Part shown: positions 54,821-64,000 of the stretch, in pieces
How the letters are laid out: each line of letters begins with the position of its first letter
Position numbering within the stretch: position 1 is the stretch's first letter
Assembly: GCF_009914755.1 (NCBI RefSeq)
Contig: NC_060938.1
Strand: one strand, 5' to 3'
Source: the human T2T-CHM13v2.0 reference genome, Homo sapiens
DNA length: 64,000 nucleotides
Notes under the pieces: generated by a model
Seen by the model: the letters and a program-made list of their open reading frames with translations, nothing else
Told to the model about the DNA's origin: nothing
Database searches by the model: none
Program-made: the position numbers and the translations under genes

Positions 54821-55803
54821 AAGATGTGACTTGTGTGGTGTTAAAGGCATTCAGTTTTAAAAGGAAAACAGATCATAAAAGTTTAGAAAATTTGCAGCCT
54901 GACAATGTGACAGAAAAGAAAATCCCATTTTCTGAGGAGAAATTCAAGCTGGCTGCAGAAATTTGCATAAGTAGCAAGGAGCTGAAAGTTAGTCACCAAG
55001 ACAATGGGGAAAATGTCTACAGGGCATGTCAGAGACCTTTGCGGCAGTCCTTCTCCTCACAGGCTGGGAGGTTTTAGAGGAATAAATGGTTTCATGAGGC
55101 AGGCTCAGGGTCCCTCTGCTATGTGCCGTGTAGGGACCTGGTGCCCTGCATCCCAGCTGCTCTAGCCATGACTAAAAGGGGCCAAGGTACAGCTCAGGCC
55201 GTGGCTTCCAAGGGTGCTAGCCCCAAGCCTTGGCAGGTTTTACATGTTGAGCCTGAGGGTACACAGAAGTCAAGAATTGATTTGGCAACCTCTGCCTAGA
55301 TTTCAGAGAACGTATGGAAGCACCCGGATGTTCAGGCAGAAGTTTGCTGCAGGGGCAGGGTACTCATGGAGAACCCCTGCTAGGATATTTTGAAATGGAA
55401 ACGTGGAGTGGGCACCCCCACAGAGAGTCCCCACTGGGGCACTGCCTAGTGGAGATATGAAAAGAATGCCATCGTCCTCCAGACCCGAGAATGGTAGCTG
55501 TACCGACAGCTTGCACCAAGCACCTGAAAAAGCTGCACTCAACACCAGCCCATGAAAGCAGCTGGGAGGGAGGCTGTGTCCTGCAAAGATAGAGGTGCAG
55601 AGCTGCTCAAGACCATGGGAACCTCCTTTTGGACCAGTGTCACCCAAATATGAGACATGCGGTCAAAAGAGATCATTTCGGACCTTTAATATTTGACTGC
55701 CCTGCTGGATTTCAGACTTTCATGGGGCTGTTAGCTCCTTTGTTTTAGCCATTTTTTTTTCCATTTTCAACAGCTGTACTTACCCCCACTGGGGATAAGC
55801 CTG

Positions 55804-56017
55804 CACCCAGGCTGGAGTGCAGTGGGGTATGATCTCAGCTCACTGCAACCTCCCACTCCCGGGTTCAAGCAATTCTCCTATCTCGGCCTCCCAAGTAGCT
55901 GAGACTATAGGCACACACTACCATGTCCGGCTAAAAAGTCACCTCTTGAATGCTTTGCTGCTTAGACATTTCTTTTGCCAGATACCCTAAATCATCTCTC
56001 TCAAGTTCAAAGTTCCA
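55804..56017 (-). repeat. 214-bp inverted duplicate of 54567-54780 (THE1-internal/Alu junction)
   Basis: The reverse complement aligns without gaps to 54567-54780; 6 mismatches by manual comparison. Confidence 0.96.
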
Positions 56018-56300
56018 TACCTCCATTGTATGTACGAAGTAACTAATTTTCTTCTTATTTTACTGACTCATAGGTGGAAGGGACTTGCCTTGTATCAGAT
56101 GAAACTTTGGACTGTGAACTTTTGAGTTAATGCTGAAATGAGTTAACATTTTGGGTGACTGTTTAAAAGGCGTGATTGGTTTTGAAGTGTGTGGACATAA
56201 GATGTGGGAGGGGCCAGGGTGAAATGATAAGGTTTGGCTGTGTCCCCACCCAAATCTCATCTTGAATTGCCATGTGTCATTTGAGGGACCCAGTGGGAGG

Positions 56301-56311
56301 TAATTGAATCA
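56301..56311 (+). promoter_or_regulatory. DUX4-type motif in THE1 3' LTR
   Basis: TAATTGAATCA. Motif match only. Confidence 0.55.
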
Positions 56312-57941
56312 TGGGGGCAGGTCTTTCCCATGCTGCTCTGGTGACAGTGAATAAGTCTCATGAGACCTGATGGTTTTATAAAGGGGACTTTCCCTGAACA
56401 AGCTCTCTTCTCTTATTTGCTGCCATGTGAGATTTGCCTTTAACCTTCCAACACAATTGTGAGGCATCCCCAGCCACGTGGAACTGTAAGTCCATTAAAA
56501 CTGTTTCCTTTGTAAATTGCCCAGTCTTGGGTATATTTTTATCAACAGCGTGAAAACAGACTAATACAGCTAGGGTTGTTAGGATAGAGATATAGGCAAG
56601 ATAGAAATCCTTAACAACAAATACATACATTAAATTGTTTCTTCCATCTAGGATGGTTCTTTTAACATACAGGTAATCACTTTGTGTGTTTCATTAAGGT
56701 ATTTTCAAAATCTCTTTGAACAGCATAAGTATAACTTTTAAAAGCAAGTACTACTAATACTTTATAAAAGTATTTCATAAAGTACTTTAGAGTAACTGAG
56801 GTTGATTGGTGCCATTAAGGAAAAAACTTTTACTTTTTTATTACTAAAAATGTATGTAAATCTCACTGGCACTGAATGCATTTTTCAAACAAATAAAGAG
56901 GCTTGAAATGGTGAACAGCTATTCTTTTCTGTCTACTAAGGATGAGAAAGTACAGGCTGTTTTCAAATTAAAACCAGAAGCGTATACAATGAGACATTAT
57001 GTGGACAGTTGTGACTATTAGGGTTGTTAGATCATGTGCTGTGTTACTGTGGGATGTTTGGGAGGCTCCTTTGAATATATTTTATTATCAAAAATTTTTA
57101 TTTTTCTGATGTATATAATCAGAAGCTCTTGAAGTAGACAACCATATAAATATTAAAGGCTCACTTCCAACATAATATTCATTTGATTAATAAAACTGGA
57201 GACAATTTATCTTAGTTGGTGGATTATACTATACTCATCCTTGGTAGATTATGTCATAAAACTGAAGTATTTCCACCTCAGGAAATATTCCCACCAGTTA
57301 AGTTGATGTGCATTGCCAGAGTATAGTTACTTTGTTGAATTTCCACATGTAAACTCTTTTATTGAATTAGATATGTAGAAAAGTCATTGTTCTATGCTTC
57401 ATCACCAGTTATCAGTGGCATTTATTCTTTTCTATATAAACTTAACATAGAAAAATTATAACCTACCTATCTATATATTCTACACAATATAACTCCTAAT
57501 TTTATCATCAGTGAGAGGGTACAAAGAATCCAACTGTCAAATCAGACTCATATGAAGTAGAAATGTTTAATCATTTTTAGGATATAAAAGTCTAGTGTCC
57601 AGAGGCCCAGGGAGAACTAAGGTGAGAGGTCGAGTATTCACTGGATCTCTTCCTACTACAATAAATAAGTTCTGGCACATTACTTACACAAAAGATAAAA
57701 AGTATCAGTAATAAACACTTCCATTTTATAATCAAATAGGCATAAAGGATGCATAATATTTTCCAGGCAGCGATGCCCCATATATCCATAGATTCTAGGG
57801 TTGTTATTGTTGTTGTTTAACACAGGAGATGCTAAACAACCAAGTACATGCTGCTAAAAACACCCTGCAGATAAAAACCCTCCCACTAGCTAATGTAATT
57901 AGCTTGTTTGCTAAAAAGTCTGCTTTTAGCATGTTTACAAA

Positions 57942-58324
57942 TGTATTAGTCTGCTAGGGGTATTATAACAAAGTATCATCAACCAGGTGGCTTAAGAGTG
58001 GGAATTTATTTTCTGACAGTTCTGGATGCTAGAAGTCTAAGATCAAGATGTCAACAGGTTTGGTTCCTCCTGCAGCCTCTCTCCTTTGCTTGCACATGGC
58101 TGCCTCCTTGCCGTGTTCTCACATTGCCTTTTCTTGATGCAAGCACTTCACTGGTGTCTTTTCCTCTTCATAAAAGGACACCAGTCCTATTGCACTAGGG
58201 TCCCATTCATATGACCTTAATTAACCTTAATTACTTCTTTAAAGGCCATATCTCCAAATGCAGTCACTTTGCGGGTTAGAGACTCAACATATAGGTTATA
58301 GGGGAACTTGATTTATTCATAACA
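57942..58324 (-). mobile_element. MLT1B-like solo LTR
   Basis: tgtattagtctgctagggg...gctagaagtctaagatcaagatgtc...aaggacaccagtc...cataaca. Confidence 0.85.
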
Positions 58325-59129
58325 ATAAGGATATGACTTTTATTTCCTTGTCCTCTATATAAAGGAAGAGCCTAGATAGCAGATCTGCTTCCCAACCTTT
58401 TCTTTCTCAATGAAGAAGGATTTGTTTTCCAAAAAAACAAAAAACAAAAAAACTCTTGAATTTTATCTCACGAGACCAAACAAATTCAATCATTCAGCCC
58501 CTAAATGCCTCAAAAGTCTGTAGAATAGAGCAGCTTCAAAAGAACAAGTGGGAAGTAATGAGGAAGAGTAAGAGATAAAGCTTCACAAAGTCTGTGTTAA
58601 AGAAGAACTCTTACTCCCAGTGAATTCTGAGATGATATCACAGACTCAATTTATATGCAAACCTGAATTTAAGTGTACTAAAAATATAAAATTCACTTTG
58701 GAGCTAATGAAGTATCTTTTCCTCCAAAAAAAATTATTACTTTAAGTATTTCTCCTGTAGTAAAAGGATTTACCATTTTATTCATAGCTTTGGATTGAGC
58801 AAATAAATCTTAAGATATATGCATCATAATACAGACTATAAGATAAAATGTGGGTGAACACAGTAACTCATTTCACTTTTAAATCATAATCAAGTCATTA
58901 GCTTCTCATTTCCACAATTAAAAGAAATATGTCTTATCAGCTATTCAAAATCTTAGGTTAGAGAAAGTTACCAAGTAATTAGCTGCCATTCTGGACACAC
59001 AGAAATTAGAGTAACAAAACCAGTTGCCACATAGATAAATTATTTGAGAGACAGAATAGTGGATTAACCACAAATATAAAGTAGAGAATGCAGAGAATGC
59101 CCCTGATGGAATTCTCAAGAAAACAATTT

Positions 59130-59785
59130 CTAGTGGACACAGTTGGCTGCCTAACCCTCTTACATTTTCCTTATCTTTCTTTCTTTTTTAAACAGAATCC
59201 ATATTTTATTCAGATATCCATTCTATTTGTAAATAGTCCCTGTGTTTAGGGAAAGACCAGCTTTATCCATAGAAGGGATATCTGAATAAAATAAACAGAA
59301 CTCCCCAGTTCCAGAGTTGGGCCCCAGTTAACTCTTAGACAATGTGGGTAATTATTTTCCCATTGCTCCTGGTTGTTTCAAAAAATCAGACATACATCAA
59401 TCAGTACCTGTGTTTGTAAATTATTATCTGGGAATAAGTAGACAGTGCAAATGGTTTCTATTATAATATAAAGAAGGAAAGACTTCTATTCATAAAAGGG
59501 GAAAACTCTTTCCCTTGTATTCACTGGATTTAAATGAGAAATCCTGTACTGCTCATTGCTCTTACCAGCCATTGCATACTACAGGGGGAAGCAGAAGTAG
59601 GATGAAGCTAATAGGTGAACTGCAGGGTGGAGAGGCAGAAAGAATGTGCTTCCTTGCTGAGATCTCTGAACCATAAATCAACCAGAGCTGAAAACTTTTC
59701 TACCTATCTACTTCTTAATATATAATATATAATCCCTTCATTGTTTAGGTGGGCTTTCTTTTATTTGCAGGGTATAAGTTGTAAT
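59130..59785 (+). mobile_element. Old MLT1 (J/K/L-like) LTR
   Basis: gtggacacagttggctgcctaacc start; aatcccttcattgtttaggtgggctttcttttatttgcag end. Confidence 0.5.
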
Positions 59786-60248
59786 AAAAGAAGGGCCAAA
59801 GATGTAAATAAATGTGACTGACAGAGGACAGCATAAAAGAAAAAAAAAAGTTTCTTTTTTTGTTTTGTTTTGTTTTTAAAGCAGGACTGTGAGGAGAATT
59901 TTAATAGAGTCTAGATTGGTGAATAAAAAAGAATAGAATATCCCAAAAAGTATATATTAATGCTCAAACCAGTAAAGAAATATGAGTTACCATTTTGTGG
60001 AAAAATGACATGGGTAGATTCATATCCCCTACTGCGTGTAAGATTATTTTCAAAGAGATTAAAGCATTAAATGTAGAAAATAAAACCACAAAGGCTCTAG
60101 GAGTAAACATAGGACATGACATTTCCTTTATAACCTTTAAGTGGTTAAGGTATAAGTAATTATAACTAAAAGTCCAGAAGCTAAAAGATTAAAAAATGGG
60201 TGTATGTGAATACAGTAACAATAACTTCATGAAAAAATATTGTAAACA

Positions 60249-60281
60249 TTCACTTCTCAGCCTTTTGGCTAAGATCAAGTG
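60249..60281 (+). pseudogene. 3'-truncated (tailless) U2 snRNA retropseudogene, U2 nt 1-33
   Basis: ttcacttctcagccttttggctaagatcaagtg matches ATCGCTTCTCGGCCTTTTGGCTAAGATCAAGTG at 30/33 (two differences are CpG decay); TSD aaatattgtaaaca at 60235-60248 and 60282-60295. Confidence 0.93.
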
Positions 60282-60444
60282 AAATATTGTAAACAAAACT
60301 ACAAGTAATCAATTAAAGAATAATATTTACTCTTCATATAGTATAATTACTATATGAAGTGTTTCTAGAAATGTATGAGCAAAAGACTCAAACTCAAAAG
60401 AAATATAGGCAAGTATATAAACAATTGATAGAAAGTAAATGCAA

Positions 60445-60793
60445 GCCGTCGCGGTGGCTCACGCCTGTAATACCAGCACTTTGGGAGGCTGAGGCGGTTG
60501 GATCACGAGGTCAGGAGATCGAGACCATCCTGGCTAAAGCGGTGAACCCCGTCTCTACTAAAAAAAAATTAACCGGGCTTGGTGGCGGGCACCTGTAGTC
60601 CCAGCTACTCGGGAGGCTGAGGCAGGAGAATGGCGTGAACCCGGGAGGCGGAGCTTGCAGTGATCCCAGAATGGCGTGAACCCAGAAGGTGGAGCTTGCA
60701 GTGAGCCGAGATTGTGCCACTGCACTCCAGCCTGGGCAACAGAGCGAGACTCTGTCTCAAAAAAATAAATAAATAAAATAAAAATAAAAAATT
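60445..60793 (+). mobile_element. AluY with internal 41-bp-period duplication
   Basis: AluY diagnostics; agaatggcgtgaaccc...gcagtga occurs twice (60627 and 60668); TSD aagtaaatgcaa at 60433-60444 and 60794-60805. Confidence 0.93.
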
Positions 60794-62675
60794 AAGTAAA
60801 TGCAAATTACTTTTAAGTATATAAAAGCATATTCAAGTTCAACCATAATAAAACTACAAATAAAACTCTATCAATACTCTTTCACCTATTAGAATAGCAT
60901 CTTTAATAACACAAACTTCAGCAAACATATAGAGAAATAGGTACTTCCATTCATGCATCTGCATGATTGGAGTATAAATTAGCACATATTTATCAAACAA
61001 AAAATGCATGTGTGCATATCCAATCAATTATACTCTAGGCAGATTATCCTAAATAACTACTTACATATAAAATGACATATATGACTATATTCATTGCAGA
61101 AAAATATATAAGAACAAGATTCTGAAAACAACAAAGTTTTTAATATAGTATGACTTAATGATGACACATCCCTTTGATGTTCTGCAACAGTAAAAATACT
61201 GAAAATATTCTATATGTATTAATGTGGAAAGTTTTTCAAGATATATTGCTAACGAATAAAGCAATGTGCCAAAAGGATAACGTGTTATGCTGTCCAAATA
61301 AAGGAAATCAGTAATGTATTTTGCTATTTCTTATATATACATAAAATACTTAAGACACCAAGAAGCTGTCGTTAAGAGTTGAGAACCGGGCAGACAATAG
61401 AAAAGGATAGAATGTGGAATTTTCCAGTTCTGTATCATGTAAATGCATCACCTATTCAAAAAATAAAATAATGTTCACTGTTCCCTACATTTTCTGAGAA
61501 ATATCCAACTCTTTAGCCAGTAATTTATAGCCTTTCACAATTGTTCCAGTAATATTTCATTTTTCTTGCTCATGCTAAACCACCTTCTCATCAAACTATT
61601 CAGTACCTTAAATTCTACTAAAATTTCTTTGTGGCATCACACACATACCCATTTCAATACACTGTTTTTCTATTATCACCTGTAGAAACCTACATAACTT
61701 TCACAGCACATCTCAGATGCCAGCTCTTTCAAGATCTTCTCTGATAAACCCAAGAAGAAATAATTTTTCCCTCATCAAAATCCTTAGTGCACTTGGGATT
61801 ACATCACATATTCTTCTTATAGGAGTGGTCTTTCTATTAGCATTGAAGGTCCTTAAGAGCAAGATTGCTTTTTAAACATCTGTATTTCTTTAAGTATTCT
61901 GTGCAAAGTACTATGCTAGACCCTACACTTACTCAAACATTTTAGCTTAATGAATTAAAATATGACTCAAAATGGAATGGTAAGTTGTTCCATCTTAATA
62001 TACTAAGAAATATCACCAACAGCAACTACATCAAGAAACCAAGAAGATGACCTTTAATGGAATATTTGATGGACGCTGAAGTGAGTCTATTAACAAAAAC
62101 AAACAAAAAGAATCAGGGACTACATTTGCCATTAATTCTAAAATTGTTGCCATTTAGGGCCTCACTGAAATATAGGGCCCCAAATAGCTGTTGCTCTTCC
62201 AATAGCAGTTCTCATATTAAATGATGAATTTGCAAGGCATGCCCCCTAGAATTTCATCTGTTCACCTTGAGAAAATGTCAATAACTTCTATAAAGAAAGA
62301 GTGGCCCTAGTTATAGTTAGTTAGTTCCAAGTCTATGTTTAACCTATTAAGAAATAATTCATACCTAGTATATATTTTTAAAAAACACTAAAATCTACTC
62401 TAAATTTTCCTGATTTTTTAAACTATGTAGGAATTATATAATAAAATGTGATTACCTAAAAGAATGTTCTGGTTTTTAGGAAATATACAATAAAGTACTT
62501 AGGATTAAAATAATAAGATGGCTCCAATTTGCAAATAGTATAGAAAGAAGAGAGAGAGAGAGAACACACTACCAATATATTCAAATGTAATTAAGAAAAA
62601 AAATCTGGATAAAAGGGTATATAGGACTTTCTTCTACCATTCTTGCAACTTCTTTGTAAGTTTAAAATTATGTCA

Positions 62676-62970
<295 letters not shown>

Positions 62971-62993
62971 TATAGTATATCAAAGTAAGAGTT

Positions 62994-63019
62994 ACACACA
63001 CACACACACACACACACAC
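62994..63019. repeat. (AC)13 microsatellite
   Basis: Direct reading. Confidence 0.95.
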
Positions 63020-63407
63020 GTCAGTGTACAATCAGGCAAACTGAGTCTATGTTAAAATTCAGTCATTACTATCTTTAATGGATGGAATGGAGTTTAGAGT
63101 AAATAGTGCAGGGAAGGTAGGGTTATGAGGTTTTAGTGTTCTCTTTCTTAATCTGCATTCTGATTACCAGAGTATTGTTCACTTGATAAAATTTTATCAA
63201 ATTGTGCCCTGATAATCAGAATGTAAGAATGTCACATTTTCTATAAGATATCCTTCAATGAATTTTAACAAAAATACTATGAAAAAATAAATTTCTCTTT
63301 TTTTACTTGATTACCCTATTTTAGAATGCATATGTTTAGTGTCTGTACAGTGATAAGAAAATACCTCAAACAGGATTTAAAAAAACATAAACAGATGTAA
63401 ATGACAC

Positions 63408-63715
63408 TTTTATATTTTATTTATTTATTTATTTATGATAGGATCTCACTCTGTCACCCAGGCTATAGTGCAGTAGCATGATCACAGCTAATTTCAGCCT
63501 TGAACTTCTGGTCTCAAGTAATCCTCTCAAGGCAGCCTCCCGTTTTGCTGGGACCACAGACACGTGCCACTATGTCTGGCTAATTTTTTAAATTTTCGGT
63601 AGACAGGGTCTCACTTTGTTGCCCAAGGTGGTCTTGAATTGCTGGGCTCAAGCAGTTCTTCAGCCTCAGACTCCCAAAGTGCTGGGATTATAGGCATGAG
63701 CCACCAGGCCTGGCC
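63408..63715 (-). mobile_element. AluJ-like
   Basis: Diverged Alu reverse complement with cagccttgaacttctggtctcaag and gggtctcactttgttgccc. Confidence 0.9.
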
Positions 63716-64000
63716 ACTTTTCTTTAATTGAAGTGCTATAGCCAATACCAAAGTTGGTGGCCTCCCATCCAACTTACAATTTACAGTATAGCACCTATAC
63801 ATTTAGTCTGCTGACTCTAAATGTCTCCCAGTAATCAAACTGTGTGTGAAATTCATAGTATGGGGCACACTATTTTTTAATCATTCTAACTACTGTAATT
63901 ATGTCCTTATCTGTATTCGTGTCCTGAAAGTTTATGCGAGTACAATTAGCATAATGACATTTAAGTTATTTCATGTTTGTGTGCATGCATTTACTGGACA

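Larger units (their letters stand above)
53914..56568 (+). mobile_element. Full-length THE1B-like MaLR provirus (LTR 53914-54242, internal, LTR 56225-56568)
   Basis: Two direct LTRs ending gactaataca; polypurine tract gggaggggccaggg before the 3' LTR; internal ORF remnant MWKQLWNWVTGRGWNSLEGSE; TSD tctag/gctag. Confidence 0.93.
59900..61470 (+). mobile_element. Ancient L1 (L1ME-like) 3' fragments hosting the U2 and AluY insertions
   Basis: ttaaatgtagaaaataaaaccacaaaggctctaggag; tgtatcatgtaaatgcatcacctattcaaaaaataaaa. Confidence 0.65.

Overview
AT-rich primate genomic DNA, almost certainly human (it carries an AluYa5-lineage element and an L1PA2-type 3' end). It looks intergenic or deep-intronic, with roughly half the window made of transposon relics: L1, Alu, MaLR LTRs (THE1/MST/MLT1) and DNA transposons (Tigger3b, MER2, MER5, MER20, MER30, MER45). 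I cannot support any host protein-coding gene. The ORFs I can place are Alu, L1 or THE1 translations, and the rest look like chance ORFs. I found no novel gene system. The most interesting signals are structural: (1) an AluY with an inverted 5' segment inside one perfect 13-bp TSD (18879-19181); (2) a 214-bp, 97%-identical inverted copy of a THE1/Alu junction pasted about 1 kb away, next to a fold-back hairpin (54567-54780 vs 55804-56017); (3) a probable SVA2 (proto-SVA) 3' fragment (43565-43715); (4) a 33-nt tailless U2 snRNA retrocopy with a 14-bp TSD (60249-60281); (5) a young AluYa5-lineage element inside an AluS inside a MER5; (6) a 5'-inverted old L1PA whose RT catalytic core is deleted in frame. 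Subfamily names come from remembered consensus diagnostics and need RepeatMasker/Dfam confirmation. Boundaries of old elements are approximate.
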